Source of the DNA: Erysipelotrichaceae bacterium
Lineage (GTDB): Bacteria > Bacillota_I > Bacilli_A > Erysipelotrichales > Erysipelotrichaceae
DNA length: 32,000 nucleotides
Direction of reading: 5' to 3'
Assembly: GCA_030604855.1 (NCBI GenBank)
Contig: JAUVVC010000004.1
Coordinates: 60,001 to 92,000, forward strand
Shown: in pieces, positions 1 to 9,161 of the stretch
Layout: every line of letters starts with the position of its first letter
Position numbering within the stretch: position 1 is the stretch's first letter
The notes under the pieces: generated by a model
Database searches by the model: none
Seen by the model: the letters and a program-made list of their open reading frames with translations, nothing else
Told to the model about the DNA's origin: nothing
Made by a program: the position numbers and the translations under genes

Positions 1-822
1 ATGGCCATCAAACACAAGACTCTTAAAGAAGAAAAGGAAGAAGCCTTGCGTGTCTGGTACGTCGCTCTGACACGAGCTGAGCAGAAGCTGATTATTGTGG
101 ATAAACATCATAAGAATTTGGAAGAAGAGAACTTAGATCTCAAGTTGATACTGGGCTCACGGGGCTATACTTTCTTAACCATGGCTGCGGCTAAGCAACT
201 GGAAGCGGGATTCGAAGTCAAACTAATTTCTCCAGAGACGATTGAAGATCGTTATCATGTTCGTAAGGAAACAATGAATGCCTTTAAGTACGACAAACGT
301 AAAGATGCTTCTCTACTTTTCAAACGTCCTTCAAGTCATGCGCATGTCTATGTCCCTAAGGCTTTAGAGCTCGAAAACTTTAATGATGGTAAGGAGCGTG
401 GGACACGCCTTCATCACTTGATTGAACACTTACCGCTTCAAGGATGGACAAGTGATCTGATCCTTGAGCTTGATCCCACCTGTACACTCGATGAGATCGA
501 AGCTCTGCTGGCCTTCCACAACAGTCCTTGGTATGGTCAGATGAAAACAATGGATGTGTACAAAGAGTTCCCTTTCATTCATCAAGACGGAAATGAAGTC
601 CTCCGTGGTGTCTTAGATATGTTTGCGGTGGATGACCAACAGGTATACTGTGTGGACTTCAAGACGGATCGCCATTTGAATGAGTCCGAATTGATGAAGA
701 TGTATCAATCTCAACTTGAAGCGTATCAAAAGGTGCTTCGTTCGATCTATCCCACGCACGAGCACCATACAGGAGTCTACAGTTTCAAACATCGAAAAAT
801 CATAGAACTTAAAAGCGAGTGA
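1..822 (+). CDS. addA: ATP-dependent helicase/nuclease subunit A (AddA/RexA type), C-terminal fragment; the 5-prime end lies outside the window
   Basis: The ORF is open from base 1. It has the UvrD-type helicase C-terminal motif VWYVALTRAEQKLIIV, followed by a RecB-type PD-(D/E)XK nuclease motif GVLDMFAV...VYCVDFKTD. Confidence 0.8.
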   Translation: MAIKHKTLKEEKEEALRVWYVALTRAEQKLIIVDKHHKNLEEENLDLKLILGSRGYTFLTMAAAKQLEAGFEVKLISPETIEDRYHVRKETMNAFKYDKRKDASLLFKRPSSHAHVYVPKALELENFNDGKERGTRLHHLIEHLPLQGWTSDLILELDPTCTLDEIEALLAFHNSPWYGQMKTMDVYKEFPFIHQDGNEVLRGVLDMFAVDDQQVYCVDFKTDRHLNESELMKMYQSQLEAYQKVLRSIYPTHEHHTGVYSFKHRKIIELKSE

Positions 823-836
823 AGCCACTCGCTTTT
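811..836. terminator. Bidirectional rho-independent terminator between convergent addA and the ABC exporter gene
   Basis: AAAAGCGAGTG-aagc-CACTCGCTTTT forms a perfect 11-bp stem with A/T runs on both sides. It overlaps the addA stop codon. Confidence 0.7.
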
Positions 837-838
837 GA

Positions 839-2611
839 TTAGACAAACTGAGCCATATAGAGATGATAATAATGTCCTTTGTTTTGCATGAGTTGAGTAT
901 GCGTTCCCTGTTCAACGACTTCCCCATCGTGAACCACCAGAATCAAATCCGCATTGATGATGGTGCTCAAGCGATGTGCAATGACGAAACAGGTTTTCCC
1001 ATGCATCAACTTTCGGGTTGCGGCTTGAATCCGCTTCTCAGTCAAGGTATCCACATTGGACGTGGCTTCATCAAAGATGACCATGGGTTTATCCGCCAAC
1101 ATGGCTCTGGCAATGGTGATCAACTGACGTTGGCCTTTTGAAATGTTGACACCGTCATCACTGATCAAAGTATCATAGCCGTTCTGCGTACGTTCGATGA
1201 AGTGATGAATATGCACTTCTTTCGCAATCCGGATCACTTCTTCTTTTGATACATGTTCATTACCATAGATCAAATTATCGTAGATCGATCCATAGAACAA
1301 CCATGAATCTTGAAGCACCATTGAAAACATTGAACGTAAGCTGTGTTGATTCATCGTTTTGATATCAACCCCATCCACTTCGATCGTTCCTTCAAGAACT
1401 TCATAGAATCGCATCAAGAGATTGATCAGCGTTGTTTTACCAGCACCGGTTGGGCCTACCACCGCAACCAAAGTTCCCGCTGGTATGTCCAGATTCACAT
1501 GTTTTAGTACAGGACGATGCTTATCATAAGCAAAGTTCACATCCTTAAACTTCACATGGCCTTTGACATCACTTATCGTTTGAGGATCTTCCATGATGTG
1601 TTCAATTGGTTCCTCTAAGACTTTAAAGACACGTTCCGCAGCCGCAAGGGTGGATTGAAGTTCCGCAATCATCGAAGCGGCTTCACTGATCGGACCAGAG
1701 AACTTTCGTGAATACAAGAGGAAAGATGAAATGTTTCCCAGGGTGATCGCTTGCAAGAGAAAGAGAATGGATCCAAACACCGAAATCAAGGTCATGGAGA
1801 TGTTGTTGATAAAGCCGACACTCGGACCCACGATGCTTCCATAGTAATCAGCTTTGTAATACGCTTCCGATGCATCATGATTCTGCGTCTTGAATGTTTC
1901 AAATATCGTATCTTGTGTGGCATAAGCTTTGATGGTTTTAAATCCCGACAGAGTCTCCTCAATGTATCCATTCAACATCCCCAGTTTTCGTGAACGTTCT
2001 CTGAAGAGTGGGCGTGTACGCTTAGTGAGATAACGTGTCGTGAGAATCGACAAGGGAATCGAAATAAAGAATACCGACAGCAATGGCAATGAAATCAAGG
2101 CCATCATCATGAACGCGCCTAACACAACCACAAACGATCCAAACAGTTGAATCAAATCCGATGAAAGTGAGGTGTTGATCGTATCGATGTCATAGGAAAT
2201 ACGACTGAGCAGATCACCGATGGGATGGCGGTCAAAATAACTAACCGGCATGGCCAAAAATTTCTTAAACACATCTTGACGCATCTTTACCACGATTTTC
2301 TGGCTGGTATAGATCATCAAACTGGACAAAACATACATCAGAATTGACGATGCCACATAAACCAAGCTTAAAGTGATCAGAAGTTGTCTCAATGTTGACC
2401 ACAAATCCAAGTCCTCTGGTCCTGATATCAAGTCAATGATCTTTCCGGTATAGAAAGGCCCCAACAACTGCAGACCATTGGCAAATAACGTCAATAGGAT
2501 AGCGATTCCCAATAACCATTTAACTCCTTTGACATACTGAAATAACTTAACAAGTGTTTTGCGAGTATCCTGAGGTTTTTCAATCGTTGAGAATCCGGAA
2601 CGTTTACTCAT
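839..2611 (-). CDS. ABC exporter, fused permease/ATPase subunit (canonical-NBD half of a heterodimer)
   Basis: 590 aa with an N-terminal multi-TM exporter domain. Walker A GPTGAGKTT, deviant signature ISKGQRQL, Walker B VIFDEATS with the catalytic E, H-loop IAHRLS. A GGAGG RBS is present, and the start overlaps the upstream gene's stop by 8 nt. Confidence 0.9.
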   Translation of the reverse strand: MSKRSGFSTIEKPQDTRKTLVKLFQYVKGVKWLLGIAILLTLFANGLQLLGPFYTGKIIDLISGPEDLDLWSTLRQLLITLSLVYVASSILMYVLSSLMIYTSQKIVVKMRQDVFKKFLAMPVSYFDRHPIGDLLSRISYDIDTINTSLSSDLIQLFGSFVVVLGAFMMMALISLPLLSVFFISIPLSILTTRYLTKRTRPLFRERSRKLGMLNGYIEETLSGFKTIKAYATQDTIFETFKTQNHDASEAYYKADYYGSIVGPSVGFINNISMTLISVFGSILFLLQAITLGNISSFLLYSRKFSGPISEAASMIAELQSTLAAAERVFKVLEEPIEHIMEDPQTISDVKGHVKFKDVNFAYDKHRPVLKHVNLDIPAGTLVAVVGPTGAGKTTLINLLMRFYEVLEGTIEVDGVDIKTMNQHSLRSMFSMVLQDSWLFYGSIYDNLIYGNEHVSKEEVIRIAKEVHIHHFIERTQNGYDTLISDDGVNISKGQRQLITIARAMLADKPMVIFDEATSNVDTLTEKRIQAATRKLMHGKTCFVIAHRLSTIINADLILVVHDGEVVEQGTHTQLMQNKGHYYHLYMAQFV

Positions 2612-4316
2612 TTTCAGAACCTCCTAACTGTAAGGCCATCAATTCTTGATAGAGCGGACAAGATTGAACCAATTCTTGATGACTTCCTAAACCGACCACT
2701 CGACCTTCTTCCAATACCAAGATCTGATCCGCATGCAAGACAGTACTGATGCGTTGCGCGATCAGAATTGTCGTCGCCTGGGTGTTTTGTTTGATGGCTT
2801 GTCTTAATTTCGCATCCGTTTGATAATCCAAGGCACTCGACGCATCATCGAGAATGATGATTTCAGGTCGATCCGCTAAGGCGCGTGCGATAAGCATACG
2901 TTGTCGTTGTCCACCGCTCAAGTTCGCTCCTGAACGCAAGATTTTCGCTTCATATTGATCTTGGAGCTGTTCAATGAAAGGTCGTGCTTGGGCCATTTCA
3001 GCAGCTTCTTGAACCATGTTCAACTCCACATCACGACCAAACTGAATGTTCTCTTTGATACTGGTACTGAAAAGCGCGTCTTGTTGGAAGACAACCCCAA
3101 ATTTGCGTCTCAATTCATGCACGTCATAGCTACGGATGTCTTGACCATCGATCCAAATCGAACCTTCATCAATCTCATAGAATCGCAATAAGAGTTGTGC
3201 GATCGTTGATTTACCAGAGCCAGTTGAACCAATGATGCCAAAGGTACTACCTCGCTTGATTTGAAAACTGATGTCTTCCAAGTCCGCCTTAGTTTGATTG
3301 TAAGAGAAGGATACCTGTTTGAATTCAATGATTGACGCAGCTTCCTGTCTTTCCACTTCCACAGTGACAACATCCTCTTTTTCATTCAGAATCATCGCAA
3401 TCCGATCTGAACTGGCATTTGATCGTGAAAACAAAAGGAAAATTCGATTGATGGCTAAGAAAGAATTCAGAATCAGACCAAAGTACGTTAAAAACGCTAA
3501 GATGGAGCCACTTTTACTTAAACCTTGGGTCACACGATACGCTCCAATGCCGAGAATCAAAACCAAGCCCCCATTGAGAATCAAGTTCATCAAAGGATTC
3601 AATGACGCAATCACATAGCCCGCTGTTCTTTCCTTGCGGGACACATCCTCATTGACCCCATCGAACTTAGCTTGTTCATGGTCTTCTTTCGCCAGTGCTT
3701 TGATGATGCGAATGCCTGTGATGTTTTCACGCACGACACGGATCAACTGATCCAACGACGTCTGAAGTCGATCGTAATAAGGAATGCCTTTACGTGATAT
3801 CCATATTATTACCCCGGTAATAATGGGGAGTAAGGCAATCAACACAAAAGCTAGGTAGGTATCAATGAACAACATCATCACGATGCTTCCCATTAATAAG
3901 ATGGGTGCACGAATCCCGATTCTTTGAATGACGTTGAACATGCGATAAACATGATAGGTATCCGTTGTCATGCGTGAGATCAAGGATGGAATGGTGAAAC
4001 GATCAACACTTCGATTGGAAAAGGCCATGATGTGTTGGTAGGCATCATCTCTTAGGTCACGAATCGCATCCGATGAGATCCGCGCCGCCATGCGATTGGC
4101 CACCACATTTCCCAACAACGCCAATAAAGAACTACCCAACATCAAACCCCCATAGAGCAGAACTTTAGGAATGCTTTTGGTCGGAATGATGAAGTCGACC
4201 ATATATGCCAATAACCAAGGTAGAAAAAGTTCCATGACCGTCGCAAAGCTTTTGACACTCAAGCCTTTTATGATCAGTTTCTTATAGGGTCTTAAATAAG
4301 CTAGGATTTTCTTCAT
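2604..4316 (-). CDS. ABC exporter, fused permease/ATPase subunit (degenerate-NBD half of a heterodimer)
   Basis: 570 aa. Walker A GSTGSGKST, canonical signature LSGGQRQR, Walker B IIILDDASS (D replaces the catalytic E), H-loop IAQRIS (Q replaces H). ATGA overlap with the marR stop. Confidence 0.9.
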   Translation of the reverse strand: MKKILAYLRPYKKLIIKGLSVKSFATVMELFLPWLLAYMVDFIIPTKSIPKVLLYGGLMLGSSLLALLGNVVANRMAARISSDAIRDLRDDAYQHIMAFSNRSVDRFTIPSLISRMTTDTYHVYRMFNVIQRIGIRAPILLMGSIVMMLFIDTYLAFVLIALLPIITGVIIWISRKGIPYYDRLQTSLDQLIRVVRENITGIRIIKALAKEDHEQAKFDGVNEDVSRKERTAGYVIASLNPLMNLILNGGLVLILGIGAYRVTQGLSKSGSILAFLTYFGLILNSFLAINRIFLLFSRSNASSDRIAMILNEKEDVVTVEVERQEAASIIEFKQVSFSYNQTKADLEDISFQIKRGSTFGIIGSTGSGKSTIAQLLLRFYEIDEGSIWIDGQDIRSYDVHELRRKFGVVFQQDALFSTSIKENIQFGRDVELNMVQEAAEMAQARPFIEQLQDQYEAKILRSGANLSGGQRQRMLIARALADRPEIIILDDASSALDYQTDAKLRQAIKQNTQATTILIAQRISTVLHADQILVLEEGRVVGLGSHQELVQSCPLYQELMALQLGGSENE

Positions 4317-4750
4317 AGAATATCCTCATGCTCGGCCAAAGATAAGGCTCGCTCTTTCAATCGTTCCAGATATTCCAAGAACTGAACCAAGTCTTCATCA
4401 CTGAAATCTTGAAGGATATAATCTCGTTGCTTATGCAAGATGCGCTTGATTTCATTGGCCAAAACCTTACCCTTATCGCTTGGATAAAGGCGCAAAACTC
4501 GAAGATCCTGTTCATCTTGAACCCGTTCGATATAACCCAACTCACTCAAATGAATCAAACCTCTCGCGACATTGCTTTTATCGATGTGCATGTTTCGTGT
4601 CAACTCTTCCTGTGAGATACCAGGGTGACGTGTGATTTCAAGGAGATAACTGGCTTGGTATCCTCTTAGGTTCATATGCTTGAATGCCTCATTGCGAAAT
4701 AATATATTGGATCGCTCTATGATGCTTATGGTTTTGTTTATCGGTAACAT
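4313..4750 (-). CDS. MarR family transcriptional regulator
   Basis: 145 aa with a winged-helix pattern GISQEELTRNMHIDKSNVARGLIHLSELGYIERVQDEQDLRVLRLYPSDKG. It is the first gene of a translationally coupled three-gene operon with the two ABC genes. Confidence 0.85.
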   Translation of the reverse strand: MLPINKTISIIERSNILFRNEAFKHMNLRGYQASYLLEITRHPGISQEELTRNMHIDKSNVARGLIHLSELGYIERVQDEQDLRVLRLYPSDKGKVLANEIKRILHKQRDYILQDFSDEDLVQFLEYLERLKERALSLAEHEDIL

Positions 4751-4771
4751 GCATCCTCCTCAACTGATATC

Positions 4772-4795
4772 GTTGCGTACGCAACTATTATAACA
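4772..4795 (-). promoter_or_regulatory. marR-ABC operon promoter (extended -10 TGTTATAAT) with an adjacent 14-bp perfect palindrome, a candidate MarR operator
   Basis: On the minus strand, TGTTATAAT (4787-4795) is followed after 1 nt by GTTGCGTACGCAAC (4772-4785, perfect palindrome). The palindrome covers the expected transcription start, about 20 nt upstream of the RBS. Confidence 0.6.
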
Positions 4796-4808
4796 GAATC
4801 CCCCACCA

Positions 4809-4836
4809 TAAATAAAACCACCTTTCACAAGGTGGT
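4809..4836 (-). terminator. Rho-independent terminator downstream of prs
   Basis: The minus strand reads ACCACCTT-gtga-AAGGTGGT followed by TTTTATTT. Confidence 0.75.
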
Positions 4837-4846
4837 CACTTTTAGA

Positions 4847-5818
4847 CTAATTATCTTTGTTCTTGTCATTGAACATGTTATACATTTCACTGACAGGTGT
4901 ATGGAGCTGAATGGCTTGAATGGTTTTCGCCAACATATAGCCAATCGAGATCTGACGGATCTTCGGTTCAGCCCTCTTCTCATCATTCAACGGAATCGAG
5001 TTGGTCACCACCAATTCTTTTATGGCGGAGTTATGAACGCGTTCCACCGCATTACCGGAAAGGATGCCATGCGAACAAGCACAATAGACTTCCTTCGCTC
5101 CGTTGCGATACAACATCTCGACGCCTCCCAACAAGGATCCACCGGTATCGACGATGTCATCGATGATGATGGCAATCTTTCCATTGACATCCCCGATCAG
5201 ATTCATCGCCTCAGCCACATTCGGTTTGGTACGACGTTTATCGATGATAGCGATCGTAGAGCCTGGAAGTGTATCCGCAAGATTACGCGCACGCGTCGCT
5301 CCCCCATGATCCGGAGAGACCACGACGACTTCATCTTTGAACTTCTTGGTTCTAAAGTATTGACCCAACATGGAGACAGCCGTTAAGTCATCGGTTGGAA
5401 TGTTGAAGAAGCCTTGAATTTGAGGCGCATGGAGATCCAAAGTCACGACCCGATCCGCTCCAGCGGATTGCAGGAGATCCGCAACCAGCTTCGCTGTGAT
5501 GGGTTGACGCGCACGTGCCTTACGATCTTGACGTGCATAACCATAATAGGGCATGACAACCGTCACTTTATCCGCCGACGCACGTTTACAAGCATCCAAC
5601 GCAATCAAGACTTCCATGAGCGTTTCAGAGACAGGGTTACACGTGGATTGGACCAAGAACACATGCTTACCACGAACAGACTCCAATGGTTCGACAATAA
5701 TCTCCCCATCCGCAAAGTGCTTAACCGAAATCTCACCGCGTTTGATGCCCAAGTGGACACAGATTTCATCCGCCAATGCAATACTGCTGGTTAAAGCAAA
5801 GACAACGATATCCTTCAT
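4847..5818 (-). CDS. prs: Ribose-phosphate pyrophosphokinase
   Basis: Has DLHAPQIQGFF and the PRPP-binding loop IAIIIDDIVDTGGS. I trimmed the start to MKDIVVF (ATG at 5818), which lies 9 nt after a GGGAGG RBS; the track start at 5836 has no RBS. Confidence 0.95.
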   Translation of the reverse strand: MKDIVVFALTSSIALADEICVHLGIKRGEISVKHFADGEIIVEPLESVRGKHVFLVQSTCNPVSETLMEVLIALDACKRASADKVTVVMPYYGYARQDRKARARQPITAKLVADLLQSAGADRVVTLDLHAPQIQGFFNIPTDDLTAVSMLGQYFRTKKFKDEVVVVSPDHGGATRARNLADTLPGSTIAIIDKRRTKPNVAEAMNLIGDVNGKIAIIIDDIVDTGGSLLGGVEMLYRNGAKEVYCACSHGILSGNAVERVHNSAIKELVVTNSIPLNDEKRAEPKIRQISIGYMLAKTIQAIQLHTPVSEMYNMFNDKNKDN

Positions 5819-5832
5819 TTTAACGACCTCCC

Positions 5833-7191
5833 TCATTTCTTCTCCTTGTATCGCAAACCATATCCCGGCTTATTGACTTGATGTGCTCGTGCAATCGCCA
5901 TATCCGTATCATCCACATTGCGCGTGATGGTAGAGCCTGCTGCCACAACCGCATTCTCACCCACCTCAATTGGCGCAATCAAATTGACATTGCTACCAAT
6001 GAAAGCATTGTTTCCAATAATGGTTTTGAATTTCGACTTCCCATCATAATTGACCGTTACGACACCACAACCAAAGTTGACCTTCTTCCCGATGATGGAA
6101 TCACCAAGATAAGTCAAATGTGCACAACGACTGTCAAAACCCAACTGCGTATTCTTCATCTCAACGAAATTTCCGATACGGTTGTTATCGTCAATGACAC
6201 AATGTTCACGAAGATGCGCGAATGGTCCGACATTGACTTTATTTCTAACGACGGAGTCGGTGATCCGTGATGAATCGATCTTACAGTTCTCACCGATCGT
6301 ACTGTTCACAATGAAGCTGTTGGGTAGAACAAGGGTTCCCTTCCCAATCTTTGTTTTCTTTTCCAAGTACACATTGGGATAGAGTGTCACATCCGCATCC
6401 AAGTGTGTGCTCAAAGAGATGTAGGTCTGATCCGGATTGACCATCGTCACACCTTTGCGCATCCACTTTTGATTGATGGTTTGCTGGATCCAACGACTCG
6501 CCTGTGCCAAATCGACACGGTCATTGACGCCCATGACTTCATTCACATCCACAACGGGGATCGCCTGCATCTTCAAACCATGATTCAATCCGATTTCAAT
6601 CAAATCCGTCAAATAATATTCCTTAGCCGCATTATCATTCTTGATCATCGCCAAGTATTCATGTAAGACCTTATTCTTGACACAATAGATACCCGTATTG
6701 ATCTCTTTGATCAATTTCTGCTCATCTGTACAATCCTTAAATTCCACAATCTTCTCAATTTCACCGTCCGCATTACGCACAATCCGTCCGTAACGTGCCG
6801 GATCATCAAAGATCGCCGTCAAGACCGTCAAATCTGCTTCTTTGTTTACTTCGTAGAGATTTGCCATCGTCTCTGCTTGGATACAAGGTGTATCCCCATA
6901 AAGAATCAAGGAGTCTCCCTCGATCGGAAGTAAGGGAAGACTCTGCATCACCGCATGTCCTGTCCCAAGTTGTTCACTTTGAACCGCATATGCGACGCTA
7001 TCCTTTAAACAAGCTTGGACCAATTCTGCCCCATGTCCAACCACCACAACGGTTTGATCGACATGTATTGTATTCAAATTTGTTAAGACATGTTCAACCA
7101 TGGTTTCACTCAAGATCGTATGCATGACCTTGGGAAGTTCTGATTGCATGCGTGTGCCTTTGCCAGCTGCTAAAACCACTGCAGTTCTCAT
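5833..7191 (-). CDS. glmU: Bifunctional UDP-N-acetylglucosamine pyrophosphorylase / glucosamine-1-phosphate N-acetyltransferase
   Basis: N-terminal motif VLAAGKGTRM and a C-terminal hexapeptide-repeat (left-handed beta-helix) region. I trimmed the start to MRTAVV (ATG at 7191), 8 nt after GGAGG; the track start is a TTG inside the RBS. Confidence 0.95.
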   Translation of the reverse strand: MRTAVVLAAGKGTRMQSELPKVMHTILSETMVEHVLTNLNTIHVDQTVVVVGHGAELVQACLKDSVAYAVQSEQLGTGHAVMQSLPLLPIEGDSLILYGDTPCIQAETMANLYEVNKEADLTVLTAIFDDPARYGRIVRNADGEIEKIVEFKDCTDEQKLIKEINTGIYCVKNKVLHEYLAMIKNDNAAKEYYLTDLIEIGLNHGLKMQAIPVVDVNEVMGVNDRVDLAQASRWIQQTINQKWMRKGVTMVNPDQTYISLSTHLDADVTLYPNVYLEKKTKIGKGTLVLPNSFIVNSTIGENCKIDSSRITDSVVRNKVNVGPFAHLREHCVIDDNNRIGNFVEMKNTQLGFDSRCAHLTYLGDSIIGKKVNFGCGVVTVNYDGKSKFKTIIGNNAFIGSNVNLIAPIEVGENAVVAAGSTITRNVDDTDMAIARAHQVNKPGYGLRYKEKK

Positions 7192-7210
7192 TCCATTTTC
7201 CTCCAATTCT

Positions 7211-7219
7211 ATTTTAACA
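7211..7219 (-). promoter_or_regulatory. Candidate extended -10 promoter for glmU-prs
   Basis: The minus strand reads TGTTAAAAT immediately after the upstream terminator T-run, about 10 nt before the GGAGG RBS. There is no clear -35 element. Confidence 0.4.
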
Positions 7220-7245
7220 AAAAAACCTTATAAGGAGCTTATAAG
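7219..7245 (-). terminator. Rho-independent terminator downstream of the ArsC-family gene
   Basis: CTTATAAG-ctc-CTTATAAG hairpin (8-bp stem) followed by TTTTTTT on the minus strand. Confidence 0.65.
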
Positions 7246-7300
7246 ATTCTTGATTCTCTTGGATTTGATCATTCCCCTAAACAATGTCTAGACACGTCCA

Positions 7301-7660
7301 TCACTTTTCGAGCGACGCATTCCAAACATTTTCATTAAACCCCACCAAAACCAGCTCATCCCCAATCAATAAAGGCCTTTTCACCAACATACCATCCGCT
7401 GCCAACAACGCAATGACTTGTTCGGTAGAGAGATCGTCTAAATGATCTTTGAAACTCAATGAACGATAGGATTGCCCACTGGTATTAAAGAATTTACGAA
7501 TGGGAAGCTTACTCAATGGAAGCCATCGGCTCAATTCGTCTTCCGTTGGACGATCCATTTTAATGTCTCTATAAGCATAGTCGACACCCTTCATATCCAA
7601 CCACTTTTGAGCTTTCTTACAGGTGCTGCAATTGGGATAACAGATAAATAGAATAGCCAT
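7301..7660 (-). CDS. ArsC/Spx/YffB-family thioredoxin-fold protein (arsenate reductase family protein)
   Basis: 119 aa. The N-terminus MAILFICYPNCSTCKKAQKWL and the later FFNTSGQSYR and LVKRPLL segments fit the ArsC-family pattern. Confidence 0.75.
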   Translation of the reverse strand: MAILFICYPNCSTCKKAQKWLDMKGVDYAYRDIKMDRPTEDELSRWLPLSKLPIRKFFNTSGQSYRSLSFKDHLDDLSTEQVIALLAADGMLVKRPLLIGDELVLVGFNENVWNASLEK

Positions 7661-7668
7661 ACGCCTCC

Positions 7669-8061
7669 TTATGGGACAAACGATCCAATTTCAATCAAAT
7701 TACCCTCAGGATCCGACACATAACAGGTCCTCTGCCCCCAAGACATGGTCTTAGGTGCCATGATCGATTCAACGCCTAAAGCCATCAAGTTTTGATAAAC
7801 CTCATCCACTGCCTTATAGTTCTCTGCCTTCAAGGCAAGCTCTGTATGACCCTGGATCGGTGAGGCATAATCAAAATGGCGTAACGTCATCTTCTCAAAG
7901 TCGTTTTGTCCATACAATAAAAACAAAACCCCATCTTTAATAAGATAAACATTTGAGCTGTGCTCATCCTCCTTGATCTCAAAACCCAAGACATCCCGAT
8001 AGAATCGGATCATCGTCGGCATGTCCTTCACAAAGAGTCCAAATCCTTCAAGCTTAAGCAT
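7669..8061 (-). CDS. VOC (glyoxalase/bleomycin-resistance/dioxygenase) family protein
   Basis: 130 aa with a typical VOC N-terminus, FGLFVKDMPTMIRFYRDVLGFE, and a C-terminus SDPEGNLIEI. Confidence 0.75.
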   Translation of the reverse strand: MLKLEGFGLFVKDMPTMIRFYRDVLGFEIKEDEHSSNVYLIKDGVLFLLYGQNDFEKMTLRHFDYASPIQGHTELALKAENYKAVDEVYQNLMALGVESIMAPKTMSWGQRTCYVSDPEGNLIEIGSFVP

Positions 8062-8063
8062 CG

Positions 8064-8249
8064 CTATTCCACATCATAGATCGGAGTGATCACAGGTCGA
8101 CCCTCACGATCCAGGAGAACCGTCAACCCCCCTGAATACCCAGCCGCATGATAGATGTAGTTTACACCCGTTTCCTTGTCCACCCAAATCTCTGTCACAT
8201 TCAGTTGACCTTGTGAATAGGTCTTGATAAAACGTTTATTGTTTGCCAT
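8064..8249 (-). CDS. Small conserved hypothetical protein (DUF6440-like)
   Basis: 61 aa from MANNKRF. The core VDKETGVNYIYHAAGYSGGLTVLLDREGRPV matches my recollection of the DUF6440 family. A TATAAT box and an AAAGGATGG RBS lie upstream of the ATG at 8249. Confidence 0.55.
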   Translation of the reverse strand: MANNKRFIKTYSQGQLNVTEIWVDKETGVNYIYHAAGYSGGLTVLLDREGRPVITPIYDVE

Positions 8250-8301
8250 AAAACCATCCTTTTCCATTATTATAGCGTGTTGAAAGCTTCTTTGTTCACT
8301 C

Positions 8302-8320
8302 GAAAAAAAGCCTTTCGGCT
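8302..8320 (-). terminator. Rho-independent terminator downstream of ispE
   Basis: The minus strand reads AGCC-gaaa-GGCT followed by TTTTTTT. The stem is short and overlaps the stop codon. Confidence 0.5.
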
Positions 8321-9161
8321 ATTTCGTTAAGATTTTGGTTTTACGGACAAAGCGAACCTGCTTACGGAAATGGCGGACACATTGGTCGATCACCTCTTCA
8401 TTTTGACTGAAACCCATGACCACCGAACCACTGCCCGTCATCATACTGACATCACAACCCAGCTCTACTAAACGCTGTTTGAGTTCTTGGATCTCCGGAA
8501 CCAATTCCAAAGCACGTGCCTCGAGACTGTTTCCTATGCTTTGACAGAAAGCTTCATAGTCATTGTTTTCAAGTGTCCTTTGTATCTGTGACACGTCGGG
8601 ATGAACCATGGACGCAAAGTTCAAGCCCTCAAAGGCTTTTTTCGTTGAAACGCCTTTACGGGGTTGAAGCAGGATGATCCACACTTCCAATTGGTTGCTA
8701 AAGAAACTCAATTTCTCCCCAATGCCCTCAACCAAGGCAGGTTTTTCAAACAAGCAGAATGGCACATCCGCCCCAACTTTGAGTGCCAGTTCAATCTTCT
8801 TCTCATCGCTCAATTTCCAATTGAATAATCGATCCAAATAATTAAGTACCGCTGCCCCATCACTGCTTCCTCCACCTAAGCCGGCTTGCGAAGGAATGTG
8901 TTTATAGAGTCGTATACGGAATTGTTCCGTGAATTGAAATTCTTCTCGACAGACTTCAATCATTTTGAGTAAGGTGTTTTTCTCTGGCGCAATGCGAAAA
9001 GGGGGAACACATTCAAAGACCGTTGTGTGATAAGGATGGATTTCAATCAAATCATGAAGTTGAATCGGAACCATGATGCTTTCAAGATCATGGTAGCCAT
9101 CTTCACGACGACGAATGACATTCAAGCCCAGATTGACTTTAGCGTACGCTCGACATTTCAT
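8319..9161 (-). CDS. ispE: 4-diphosphocytidyl-2-C-methyl-D-erythritol kinase
   Basis: N-terminus AYAKVNLGLNVIRRREDGYHDL and GHMP-kinase motif PSQAGLGGGSSDGAAVL. A GGAGA RBS is present. Confidence 0.95.
   Translation of the reverse strand: MKCRAYAKVNLGLNVIRRREDGYHDLESIMVPIQLHDLIEIHPYHTTVFECVPPFRIAPEKNTLLKMIEVCREEFQFTEQFRIRLYKHIPSQAGLGGGSSDGAAVLNYLDRLFNWKLSDEKKIELALKVGADVPFCLFEKPALVEGIGEKLSFFSNQLEVWIILLQPRKGVSTKKAFEGLNFASMVHPDVSQIQRTLENNDYEAFCQSIGNSLEARALELVPEIQELKQRLVELGCDVSMMTGSGSVVMGFSQNEEVIDQCVRHFRKQVRFVRKTKILTK

Noticed and set aside
863-1141. Plus-strand 92-aa ORF inside the ABC exporter gene. Similar antisense or out-of-frame ORFs occur throughout the track (for example 1751-1993, 2955-3191, 3319-3618, 4832-5386, 5414-5794, 5878-6270, 6795-7127, 14659-15036, 15311-15568, 20607-20855, 21230-21598, 22822-23178, 24667-24894, 27995-28437).
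   Set aside because: They lie wholly within, and opposite to or out of frame with, long ORFs that carry unambiguous conserved motifs. They have no RBS and low-complexity or odd composition, so they are shadow ORFs.
7227-7245. CTTATAAG-gag-CTTATAAG considered as a protein-binding direct repeat upstream of glmU.
   Set aside because: Each 8-mer is self-complementary, so the pair forms a simple hairpin followed by a T7 run on the minus strand. It is adequately explained as the terminator of the upstream ArsC-family gene.
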